DNA of 34,156 nt from Octopus bimaculoides (GCF_001194135.2 NC_068984.1:121891012-121925167); one strand, 5' to 3'; counted from the stretch's first letter, positions 22,233 through 32,951 are shown. Numbers and translations are program-made. Notes: generated by a model not told the origin, from the letters alone.

Positions 22233-22608
22233 TATTCTCTTTTCTCTTTTACTTGTTTCAGTCATTTGACTGCGGCCATGTTGGAGCACCGCCTTTAGTC
22301 GAGCAAATCGACCCCAAGACTTATTCTTTGGAAGCCTAGTACTTATTCTATCGGTCTTTTTTGCCGAACTGCTCGGTTACGGGGACGTAAACACACCAGC
22401 ATCGGTTGTCAAGCGATATTGGGGGGGGGACAAACACAAGCACACACATACATATATATATATACATATATACGACGGGCTTCTTTCAGTTTCCGTCTAC
22501 CAAATCCACTCACAAGGCTTTGGTCGGCCCGAGGCTATAGTAGAAGACACTTGCCCAAGGTGCCACGCAGTGGGACTGAACCCCGAGCCATGTGGTTGGT
22601 AGGCAAGC
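22233..22608 (-). mobile_element. Near full-length family A SINE, reverse orientation
   Basis: Close reverse complement of 2010-2380. Confidence 0.85.
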
Positions 22609-23774
22609 TAAATAATAGAATAGAGTTTTTTTTTGTTTTTTTTAATATTTTCGTTTTATATTACTGCTAAAGTGAATAAAAAATGAGGCTTTCTTTCCTT
22701 GAATTTGCCCTTCAGAAAGATTAAGGTAAACAAAGCAAAACAATAACTAAACAAAACACACACACACACATACAAATATATCACAGAAAATTTTTAAAAA
22801 TAACACTCTAACAGAAAAATACAGTATAATAATACAATAATAATAGTACACATACATGTCCTGTTTTGGGTGTAATCACAGATAGTGATAATAAAACATG
22901 ATAGCATTTGCTTGAAAGAACATTTTACTGATGTCCTTTCAAACAAAAAGTCTTTTAATATGGAACATTCTACTGAAAGATCAAAAGCTCGGAAACGTTT
23001 TGCCCAATGGACTGGTGTCATTATTCTACAATTGATCACAGAGGCCTATAAGAAGAGAAAACTTATGACTCTATGTCTTGCTAGGGACACAAGTTTCATA
23101 AGTGGCTTTGTGTCAGGTGCTGAGCAGCTGAGACACAAGACAGGGATAGGGACAGGTGTATTGCTGTAGAGAAGACAGGTGTATTGCTGTAGAGAAGATA
23201 CAGGACTACTACAGCAGAAAAGGCAGAAAGGGTGATGGAGATGGGGTACCAGGGCATACCCTCAAAGTATGTGAAGCTGGATGAAGGGAGGAGAGGAACA
23301 AAGAATTGAGGATAGCTGGGCTGGTAGTTTTCATGAGAGTGTGAAAGGTGACAGACAGTTTGAGATGAAGATAGACATGAATGCAGTGACTGGTGAACAT
23401 AGATAGAGGCATGGTCAATAGTGAATCTCAATTTGAGAGAAGGTGAAGGAAAATAGGAGAGGGCCATGGAGGAAGAGGTGATAGGCAGCAACATAAAAGG
23501 AGGAGGAGGTGGAGAGTAACCATCATTTACACACACATGTACACACAGACACATATGTATGTGTGTGTGTGTGTGTGTGTGTGTGAGAAAGTTATTAATA
23601 TATATGAGAGAAAGTTATAATGCAGAGATTGATTTAATCCAGAGTAAAATGAGAGGAAAAACTGGCTGATAACATGATAAACAAATTATTCATAAAAATG
23701 AATACCAAAATAACTAACGCTGGATGGAGCTTTAAGTGGGATGGACTGTAAGCTAATATATGGATAGAGAGGGA

Positions 23775-24157
23775 TAGGCATGGCTGTATAGTGCATAAGT
23801 TTGCTTCCAAACCATGTGGTTTCAGGTTCAATTCCAGTGCAGTACCCTGGGTTGACCAAAGCCTTGTGAGTAGATTTGTTAGGGAGAAACTGAAAGAAGT
23901 CCAGTGTGTGTGTGTGTGTGTGTGCCTCCTTGTCTTGACATCATGTGATAGTTGTAAACAAGTGTTACTGTCATTCAAGTGGTGTCTTTATTTTCCAATA
24001 TTCTGTGAAAACATGCTCAGTCATATAGAAATATCACCTAGCCTAGAAACAAAGGAGGGTTGGCAACTGGATGGGCATCCAACTGTAGAAAATCTGCTTT
24101 AACAGATTCTGTTTGAGCCATGCGAGCATGGAGCAGTCAATATTAAAATGATGATGG
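23775..24157 (+). mobile_element. SINE with family A head and C2 (RTE-type) tail
   Basis: Head ataggcatggctgtatag...ggttcaattcc...aaactgaaagaag, then (TG)n, then cctccttgtcttgacatc...gggcatccaactgtagaaaatctgc...(gat). Confidence 0.75.
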
Positions 24158-24404
24158 TAATCTTCCAGATACTTCAAATAATAATAAACAAAAATAATCA
24201 ACTTATTAGAAGACTTTCAGATTTCCTCAGATACTCTCCACTAAGAAACCATTTTCTACTCTCCAAAACCAAACATGTTACTTTCCTTTGGAATTAAAAA
24301 ATTTTCTATTGCACTTTTCATTATCTTTACAGACCAACCCTCAATCTCCTCCTTTCCATACTAGAGAAGTTGCTGCAGAAGTTAACCCTAGCCCTAACTT
24401 TCCC

Positions 24405-24439
<35 letters not shown>

Positions 24440-24536
24440 CCACCATCACCACCACCACCATCACCATCACCATCATCATCATCACCACCACCACCACCAC
24501 CACCACCACCATCACCATCACCATCACCATCATCAT
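24405..24536. repeat. (CAT/CAC)n expanded trinucleotide tail of the adjacent minus-strand C2 element
   Basis: Directly continuous with the C2 tail at 24537-24775. Confidence 0.9.
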
Positions 24537-24775
24537 TTTAACATCTACTTTTCCATGCTTGCATGGGTTGGATGGAATTTATTGGGGCAGATTTTCTATA
24601 GTTGGACGCCTTTCCTGTCACTAACCCTCACCTGTTTCCATGTAAGGTAATATTTCCACATGGCCAGATGTGTTCTTGTAGAATATTGGAAATGAATGAT
24701 ATTGTTTGTATGACAGTGACACTCACAACAATCAGGTGATGCCAAGACAAGGAGACACAAACACACACACATATA
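24537..24775 (-). mobile_element. C2-tailed SINE 3' half
   Basis: Reverse complement of 23925-24150. Confidence 0.75.
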
Positions 24776-25017
24776 CATGGCATTAAGAAGGACATCTAGC
24801 TGTAGAAACCTTGCCACAACAGACAACTGGAGTCTAGACAGGTCTCAGCTGGTCAGCTCCATGTCAAACCATTATCCCATGCCAGCATAGAAAGTGAATG
24901 CTAAACAATGATGATGATGATATATATATAAAATCATAACCATCATTTAACACTTGTTTCCCATTTAACAGTCACTGGTATGGGTTGGACAATTTCATAG
25001 GATCTAGCAAGCAGCTG

Positions 25018-25078
<61 letters not shown>

Positions 25079-25084
25079 ATCCTC

Positions 25085-25258
25085 CAAAAAACAACAACAC
25101 AAGGAAGTGGTACATGCAAAGTATTAGCAGACACTCAGGGAAAGAAATAAAGGTAGTTTTATGTTTTGAGCAAAGCTCTTCTTCAGAAACAGGAGGCAGA
25201 GGACAGTCCAAGAGAAAAGGAAGACGGAGGGAGGAAAGAAGGAAGGATGGATGGATAA
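25085..25258 (-). mobile_element. Penelope-like terminal repeat fragment with a decayed hammerhead core
   Basis: Minus strand 25190-25156 reads GTTT CTGAAGA A GAGC TTT GCTC AAAAC AT A AAAC. Confidence 0.55.
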
Positions 25259-25261
25259 GAT

Positions 25262-25385
25262 AGGCTTCTTTCAGTTTCTGTTGACCAAATCCACTAACTA
25301 GGCTTTGGTCAGCTTGGGGGTTATAGCAGTCATACAGTAGCACTGAACCTAGAGCCATGTGGTTGGGAAGTAAACTCACTATACA
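25262..25385 (-). mobile_element. Family A head, reverse orientation
   Basis: ggcttctttcagtttc...ccaaatccac...ggactgaacc-like...catgtggttgggaag. Confidence 0.7.
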
Positions 25386-25702
25386 GTTATGTCTATGTCC
25401 ACTTCTGTAGATTAAACTGTAGGTTGTTAATATTGATTTCTAACAGAATAAATGCCACACATTTCTGATAAAAATACAGTCAATTATTTTGACTCCAATA
25501 CTTGACTGGCTTATATTTTACTGGCTCCAAAAGGTTGAAAAGGTAACCTGAATAAGATTTCAACTCAGAATATGAGAAAAAGATGTAACTAAAGAATTCA
25601 AGGAATTTTGTCTGGTGCTCTACATATTATTCTACCAACCTCAACTCTTATGTAATTAATGGGGGTGATGGATTGAAGGAATATGAAAATGTCAAATAAA
25701 AT

Positions 25703-26085
25703 TTCTTTTATCTTTTACTTGTTTCAATCATTAGACTTGCCATGCCGGGGCACTGCCTTGAAATATTTTAGTCAAATGAATCGACCCCAGTACCTATTTT
25801 TTTATAAGCCTGTTACTTATTCTATCAATATCTTTTGCCAAACTGCTAAGTTACTGGGATGTAAACACACTAACACTGGTTGCCAAGCAGTGGTGGGAGA
25901 CAAACACAAAGTCAAATACACACACACACGTCGGGCTTCTTCCAGTTTCCATCCATCAAATCCACCCACAAGGCCCTGGCTGGCCTAAGGCTATAGTAGA
26001 AGACACTTGCCCAAGTTGCCATGCAGTGGGACTGAACCCAGACCCATGTGGTTGGGAAGCAGATTTCTTATTACACAGCTACGCC
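25703..26085 (-). mobile_element. Full-length diverged family A SINE, reverse orientation
   Basis: Runs from cttttacttgtttcaatcatt to cccatgtggttgggaagc...acacagctacgcctg. Confidence 0.8.
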
Positions 26086-26513
26086 TGTCTTTTGTGATAT
26101 TTAGTTATAGCCTTGATGTTCCGAGTTCAACTCACACCAAGTCAACTTGCATTTCATCCTTCTGGGTTCTGTTGATCCAACAATCTATAGATCTCTCTAA
26201 ATTACCGGCTCCTTGTCTGGCTAACTGATACCCAATTGATTCAACCATCTACAGATCTCAAACTATTGCTCCCTTGTCTGAGATACAACATTTCATAGTC
26301 ATAGTTCATCCCAACACCGAGTAAAATATGCTTTGTGTTCTAAAACTAAAAGGTTTCACTCTGGTTTTCATAAAGAACAACAGTCTATCTAAAGTAACAT
26401 CCCTTGACAAAGTAAAATCATTGTACCTGCTCCTCAGAACAAGGTAAACTTACCCTCAAATCATTCAACTCCAGATCATAGATTTATTAATATCAAAACA
26501 TAATAACTGCTCT

Positions 26514-26744
26514 TTAACCCTTTAGCATTCAAATTATTCTGTCAGAAGTAGTGCTTATTTTGTCACATTGTTTTGAATTAACCATGCATTATCTTGTCGC
26601 TTTGAGATTTTGAGGAAGCAACTGTTAATTTTTAGAATGATACTGTAGGGTTGCTGTGAGGGGCCAAATTTGGCCAGTTTGAATATAAAACAGGTACAAT
26701 ATTTTGGTTAAATATGGCTGGTTTAAAAATTAAATGAGTGTTAA
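26514..26744. mobile_element. piggyBac-like MITE
   Basis: TTAACCCTTTAGCATT at the left end and a decayed right end ...gagtg TTAA. Opposite orientation to 31507-31734. Confidence 0.75.
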
Positions 26745-26814
26745 CTTGTTTGTGTGAATGTGAGTAGGAAGGAAGTGGGATTGAACTGGAAGAGAATTGT
26801 CTTCCAAGTCTTAC

Positions 26815-26955
26815 CTGATATTATGATGAATACGTATCTTAATAGAAATAGTAAAGTCTTGGCTTGAAATGGCTCCTTTTGTTTGTCGGATCAAATCTTG
26901 CACAATCTCTGGTTTGCGAAGAAGACAAGCTCCATAGCCCTCAGCTTGAGCCCAC
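26815..26955 (-). CDS. DUS4L: DUS4L coding exon (141 nt, phase 2 to phase 2)
   Basis: ctgaag|G TGG GCT...ATC AG|gtaaga translates WAQAEGYGACLLRKPEIVQDLIRQTKGAISSQDFTISIKIRIHHNI(R). Confidence 0.95.
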
Positions 26956-27169
26956 CTTCAGAGTGAGAAAGGTCAATAGGATTAGATTTAATGTTTTAGC
27001 AAAGATTAGTTAATTAAAATATACAATGTGAAACAATGATTGCCATCAGAAGATAACCTTAAAATGTAAAGAATAGTGTCTGAGAGATGCAAACAAAGGT
27101 AATTTTTATTGTTGATAAATTATTAAACTATTAACCTTTTAAAATTTTTTTCATTTAATCAAGCTGTGA

Positions 27170-27264
27170 TTGAATGTATGTGTATGTGAATATGCGTGTA
27201 TGTATGAAAGTGTGTGTGCGTGCACGTATCTATATATATATATATATACACACACATACATACA

Positions 27265-27295
<31 letters not shown>

Positions 27296-27330
27296 GTACG
27301 TATGTGGAATACACACACATATACATATAT
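27170..27330. repeat. Compound (TG)/(TA)/(CA)/(ACAT)n microsatellite
   Basis: Direct reading of the sequence. Confidence 0.9.
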
Positions 27331-27361
27331 AGAAAACATCTTTTCTTTGAAACATGATATA

Positions 27362-27438
27362 CAGGGTGTCCATAAATTACTGTTACAATTTGAAACAATT
27401 AATTGTGGAAGTTATAAAAATAATTCATGGACACCCTG
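27362..27438. mobile_element. 77-bp Tc1/mariner-type MITE
   Basis: TA|CAGGGTGTCCATAAATTA...TAATTCATGGACACCCTG|TA. TIR match is 17/18 with a TA TSD. Confidence 0.8.
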
Positions 27439-27980
27439 TATTAAAACAACTGTTTAATCTTCTTTATTAATGGTTTTTCATATTTCCTTATGTCTATGTT
27501 CTTTATATTTCATTAAGAACATTATTGTTGCTAAGTCCACTGACATTTCAATACTTTCTTGGCTTCATTTTATGAATGAAATAATGAGAGTAGTTTACTG
27601 TTGCTGCATTTTGTAGGAGGCAGCAAGGCATCATGGGAATAATGTAACCAGATGTAGAAAGCTTCCTTACCAATAATGGAAAACATAGGCATAATGTGAG
27701 GCAAACACACCATACTATAAATGTTACCAATATACCAATAAACATCCTAAGAAAATTAACTCTTGGCCTGCACAACCAAAGTTTCTAATTTCTGTGAGAT
27801 TCTAAGATGACCACAACATGTGTCAAACCCATCAGTGCATAGGCAGTCACCTACTGAATGATTAAGTAGGTCTCATATCTTAACAGTAAGCTTAGGAGGG
27901 CAGGCGACTAACAGTAAATAGTATATAAACTGGCAGAAGGTAACTGAAAGTCACTGCTGTATTTTTCCTAAGAAGTATTG

Positions 27981-28090
27981 TGAATCTTCAGACTTTAGCA
28001 TGGAGGCATGAAAGAGCATGAATCTTCAGACTTTAGCATGGAGGCATGAAAGAGCATGGATCTTCAGACTTTAACCTGTAGGCATATGAG
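27981..28090. repeat. 38-bp tandem repeat, about 2.8 copies
   Basis: tgaatcttcagactttagcatggaggcatgaaagagca at 27981 and 28019 (identical), and a diverged copy at 28057. Confidence 0.9.
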
Positions 28091-28275
28091 AGAGAGAGAG
28101 AGAGAGAGAGAAGTATATAATATATACCACTGTATCAATCAGACTATCAGATGTTATACACCACTCATCATAATGTGCTTCCTTGCATTGTTGTAGCTTC
28201 TGAATGATACCACCCTGCAAGTTAGACATTCCCTCTGACTGGGATACCAGTCTGTCACAGGGTTACCCATTTACA

Positions 28276-28401
28276 GAGACTGATAGAATAAGTACTAGGC
28301 TTACAAAAAATAAGTCCTGAGGTCAATTTGCTTGACTAAAGGTGGTGCTCCAGCATGGCCACAGTCAAATGACTGAAACAAGTAAAAGAGTAAAAGAGTA
28401 T
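28276..28401 (+). mobile_element. Family A 3' tail
   Basis: gatagaataagtactaggcttac...gactgaaacaagtaaaagagtaaaagag. Confidence 0.8.
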
Positions 28402-28600
28402 ATATATNNNNNNNNNNNNNNNNNNNNNNNNNNNNNNNNNNNNNNNNNNNNNNNNNNNNNNNNNNNNNNNNNNNNNNNNTATATATATATATATATCTTC
28501 TATTCTAAGACAGTAATACAATATATTTCTCTGTCTGAACAGGATGGCAATAATATGCAAACTAGATGGAATGGTATGTAACAGAAAAAAGATCATTTAC

Positions 28601-28642
28601 CTTTGAGGACAGCCACAGTTGAGGTCAACACCATCAGCATAT
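28601..28642 (-). CDS. DUS4L: DUS4L 42-nt coding exon carrying the NCGCP active-site motif (phase 2 to phase 2)
   Basis: ctccatag|A TAT GCT GAT GGT GTT GAC CTC AAC TGT GGC TGT CCT CAA AG|gtaaat translates YADGVDLNCGCPQ(R). Confidence 0.93.
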
Positions 28643-29367
28643 CTATGGAGAACAAATATAGGTCAAAGTAAATGTTGAGATCAAAGAAAGAAAGAAAGAA
28701 AAAGAGGACAAAAGAAAGAACACAAAACAATACAGTAGAGGGTTAAGAAAGGTCGATAACATTCTAAGACTCTAATGTAGGAGAGTGTGGTTGGAGCAGA
28801 AGGTAGACAGACTGCTTTAAATGCATTCTATCTGATGCCTCATATGCATAATTTGAGGTTCAACATTATGTTTAATCTGAAAAATTGTGTATCTGTGTGC
28901 ATGTATGTGTGTATATGGCGGGGGTCTACATAAGTACTAGCAATATATTTGGGTTCACTACATCAACACTACACTCTATTGTTCAGAAACAAGGTCTTCT
29001 GTCCAGAAACAATTAGAGACAACTAGAAGATTGGTTAAAGATCTTGTTTTCTGTTTAATAGCATCCTTTGAATTGTTGATACTATTCATGTATAAACATG
29101 CATTGAATGCGCACACGCACATACACACATTAATGTTTGTTTTTATGTTATAATAAAAACAATTTTACATTAAATTGAAGGATTACTCAATACATTTGAT
29201 AGAGTACAAATTTATTGTTCTCTAACAAAAATAGTATTGACAGTTTCGGACAGCTGAGTCATCATTGGACTGTCTGATGATGCTTAGCTGGCTAAAACAT
29301 CAAAATCAAGGTCAATACAAACTCTTGTTAGAGAATAATGTATATACACACACACACACGCATATTG

Positions 29368-30000
29368 TGTCATCATCATCTACAACTGCTAACACTTGGA
29401 GTGTCAGCAAGCTACCTAACAACTTTTCTCTATTCATTCCTGTCTTCTATTTAGCATATTAATTGTTGCATCATCAATCCTGTTACCCCTATGATGCTTG
29501 AAATCCAGTTATTTGTAGCTCTTCCCCTTGGCCTTTTCCCAAGGGTTTTTCCAGCAATCAACAATTTTTGTTGACTATGTGCACTTGTTACATACCCAAA
29601 GTGCCTAACTTTTGGCTGGTCCAATTCTTTCACAAGGTTCCATTCAATTCCATTTTCATCTAACTCATAATGATTAGTCCTTTCTTTGACCAGCTAATTA
29701 CTAATATTCTTCTAAGGCAGTGAGCTGGCAGAAACATTAGCATGCCAGGCAAAATGCTTAGTGCTATTTCGTCTGTCTTTACGTTCTGAGTTCAAATTCT
29801 GCCAAGGTTGACTTTGCTTTTCGTCCTTTCAGGATCGATAGATTAAGAACCAGTTGCATACTGGAGTTGATCTAATCGACTGGCCCCCTACCCCTAAATT
29901 TCGGGCCTTGTGCCTAGAGTAGAAAAGAATATTCTTCTATAGCACCAAATTCTCAATAATTTTTTTGTCAATTTTTCTACTTATTTTTAAGACTCCAGTA
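29368..30000 (-). mobile_element. RTE-clade LINE 3' remnant interrupted by a SINE
   Basis: Translations LRIWCYRRILVISWSKKRTN and KVRHFGYV...KLLIAGKTLGKRPRGRATNNWI...TGL match the RTE WCYRR.L.ISW and GK..GKRPRGRP..W motifs. Confidence 0.75.
29715..29927 (+). mobile_element. Full-length family B SINE with a perfect 12-bp TSD
   Basis: AATATTCTTCTA at 29703-29714 and 29928-29939. B-box-like gagttcaaatt at 29788-29798. Confidence 0.9.
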
Positions 30001-30039
30001 CTCAGATTCACATGTTGTTATTACAAAAAAATATAATAT

Positions 30040-30190
30040 ACATAGTATATCTATATGATATGTTGTATCTCTATTTCTCTCTCTACTTATCTACATCTAT
30101 CTACATATATCTATTTATCTACTTCTCTACATCTGTCTACATATATCTCTCTGTCTACTTATCTACATATATCTCTGTCTACTTATCTAC

Positions 30191-30283
<93 letters not shown>

Positions 30284-30292
30284 TATATAATT
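30040..30292. repeat. (CTAT/CTAC)-(TA)n low-complexity tract
   Basis: Direct reading of the sequence. Confidence 0.9.
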
Positions 30293-30539
30293 CAAAGGGT
30301 ATATCATATACATAGTATATCTAGGGCTACACTATCTGATGAATCTTCTCAATTTTTTAAGAGGGTAATAATGAGTTTATTGCATAGTGTTCAGGTGTAC
30401 TACAACTCATCAGAGAATGTAAAAAGAAGGGACGAAGAGCAGAGATATAAGTCAAATAGATAAAGAGAGCAATGAAAGCCCAAAGTGTATGCACAATACA
30501 TAGAATAAAACACAAAAATAGAGAGAAGCAAACATTAAA

Positions 30540-31000
30540 AAAGTCATACAAAATAAGAGTGTATAGGCATGTTGAGAGTAGTGTTGGCTAATTTTAGGAA
30601 GATTGGAAATTTTGAAGAAGGCAGTGTCCTGACAGTTAACAACAGACTCAGGTAGTTTATCCATGTCTCATCAATTCTGAGCATGAAAATATATTCCTGA
30701 AAGTCGTGGGTGTTGTACTATGTTTTTGATTTTATAAGCATGTTCACAAATGGTAGTGGTATTGAATTTGAAAAAGGTGGCCAGTGTTGTTGTAAAGATG
30801 GTGGATAATTTTGTGGGATTCTACCAAGTCAGCCATTAGAGGTTGAAAAGTTAGTGTGTCAATGTTCAGAGAAGCAATACATTCAACAAATGGTGACTGA
30901 CAGAGGGTATTTGTTAGGTTGCACATCTCTGGACAGCTTCCAACAGATCAATATCCTGAATGAGATTGGGGTTCCAAACTGGAAGGTAAATTTCACTACT
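30540..31000 (-). mobile_element. CR1-group LINE ORF2 3' remnant
   Basis: Minus-strand IASLNIDTLTFQPLMADLVESHKIIHHL and KLPESVVNCQDTAFFK resemble the CR1 C-terminal L..RRL.ADL.E.HKI and WN.LP..VV motifs. Confidence 0.65.
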
Positions 31001-31506
31001 ATTTCTAGCAGGTAGAACTACTACATAAAGATTGCTTCATGGGTTTATGGTTGTAAGAGTGTTATAGTTTATACCCAAATCACCCATAATTAAGCAGCCC
31101 CATGAAAACAAATGTGTTCATTCATGAGCATCATGGTATTGTTTTCCAGGTGTACTATATCTACTACTACTACATTATTCAACATGTCCTTTCCTTTTTG
31201 AAAACAGCAGGATGTGATTTGGCAACGATTTAATAGGTTGAATGACAGCATAGAGACTGCTTCATTAGCTCATAAAAAAAGGTTTGTGTTGGTAAATGCT
31301 ACATTATTTTAGAATTTATGATTCAATAAACCATACTGTCAGTCATACTGAATATTTCAGCAAAGACAGACAAGCCAGTGAGGGAGTCTCTTCACATTCA
31401 ATTGACCTACTAGAAATAGCAGCCAAACATCTTTCAAATCACAACCATACTGTTAGATAATGTAGCCCTAGATACATTATGTCAGAAAGGAAAAAGAAAA
31501 CGATTT

Positions 31507-31734
31507 GTAACCCTTTAGCATTTATACCAGCCATATCTGGTCCAAAATTTTCTTCCTGTTTTATGTTCATACCATCCAGATTTGGCCTCTCACACATACA
31601 TAACAATGTCATTGTAAAAATAGCAATACCAACATTGAAATCTAAAAGCTACAAGGTAATACATGACTGATTCAAAACAATGTGAATAAATAAGCATTGC
31701 TTTTGACAAAGTAATTTGAACGCTAAAGGGTTAA
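31507..31734. mobile_element. piggyBac-like MITE
   Basis: (g)TAACCCTTTAGCATT...AACGCTAAAGGG TTAA. Confidence 0.8.
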
Positions 31735-31821
31735 AATTGGGACATCATTTATCATAGGTTCAATTGTGGGTGACAAATCAACAATGGCTGTCAAGCAGTG
31801 GGAGGGTCAAACGCACAACAC

Positions 31822-32090
31822 ACATCATCATCATCATCATAACAACCACCTATCCATGCTTGCATAGGTTGGAAGGAATTTGTTAAAGCAGATTTTCTAC
31901 GGCTGGATGTCGGCCCCTCCTGTCACCAATCCTCACCTATTTCCAAATAAGGTAATATTTCCTCATGACCAGGCATGTTTTCAAGGAGAATTGGAAATAA
32001 AGGACACCTTATCATGCATGATGGTTGACACTCACAACTATCATACAATCTCAAGGCAAGGTAACACACAGACAAATATGCATGTAACTA
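31822..32090 (-). mobile_element. C2-tailed SINE 3' half
   Basis: (cat)n...ccatgcttgcataggttgg...ttttctacggctggatg...ctcacctatttcc. Confidence 0.7.
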
Positions 32091-32284
32091 CACACAAGCT
32101 ATTGGCGATTTCTTTTCCTTCTTTGGACTTTTCTCTTTTTCCTTTCCAATGGAGAGCTATGCTTGAAATGTCAAAAACTCTCTCCTTTTACTGAGTGTGA
32201 AACTAATACTTTCCTTGTGCACATCTTCTTGTTGTTTGTCATTGTTAATTCTATTATTCATTTATTTGAATTGACTATATATAT

Positions 32285-32402
32285 GTATGGTAAGAAGCTT
32301 GCTTCCCAACCACATGGTTCCAGGTTCAGTCCTACTGCATGGAACCTTGGGCCGACCAAATCCTTGTGAGTGGATCTGGTAGATGGACTGAAAGAAGCCC
32401 AT
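32285..32402 (+). mobile_element. Family A head running into (TA)n and a gap
   Basis: ggtaagaagcttgcttcccaaccacatggttccaggttcagtcc...aaagaagccc. Confidence 0.8.
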
Positions 32403-32410
32403 CATATATG

Positions 32411-32442
<32 letters not shown>

Positions 32443-32951
32443 NNNNNNNNNNNNNNNNNNNNNNNNNNNNNNNNNNNNNNNNNNNNNNNNNNNNNNNNNN
32501 NNNNNNNNNNNNNNNNNNNNNNNNNNNNNNNNNNNNNNNNNNNNNNNNNNNNNNNNNNNNNNNNNNNNNNNNNNNNNNNNNNNNNNNNNNNNNNNNNNNN
32601 NNNNNNNNNNNNNNNNNNNNNNNNNNNNNNNNNNNNNNNNNNNNNNNNNNNNNNNNNNNNNNNNNNNNNNNNNNNNNNNNNNNNNNNNNNNNNNNNNNNN
32701 NNNNNNNNNNNNNNNNNNNNNNNNNNNNNNNNNNNNNNNNNNNNNNNNNNNNNNNNNNNNNNNNNNNNNNNNNNNNNNNNNNNNNNNNNNNNNNNNNNNN
32801 NNNNNNNNNNNNNNNNNNNNNNNNNNNNNNNNNNNNNNNNNNNNNNNNNNNNNNNNNNNNNNNNNNNNNNNNNNNNNNNNNNNNNNNNNNNNNNNNNNNN
32901 NNNNNNNNNNNNNNNNNNNNNNNNNNNNNNNNNNNNNNNNNNNNNNNNNNN

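Noticed and set aside
24288-24650. ORF with a ~45-residue poly-His run
   Set aside because: It is the (CAT/CAC)n tail of a minus-strand C2 repeat inside a DUS4L intron, with no splice or homology support.
29235-29285. Minus-strand DSPMMTQLS as the missing DUS4L D.PLIVQFAA exon
   Set aside because: Similarity is weak, the FAA motif is missing, and there are no suitable splice sites.
30012-30315. IY/YL-rich ORFs (also 24972-25379 and 27151-27457)
   Set aside because: They are translations of low-complexity microsatellites.
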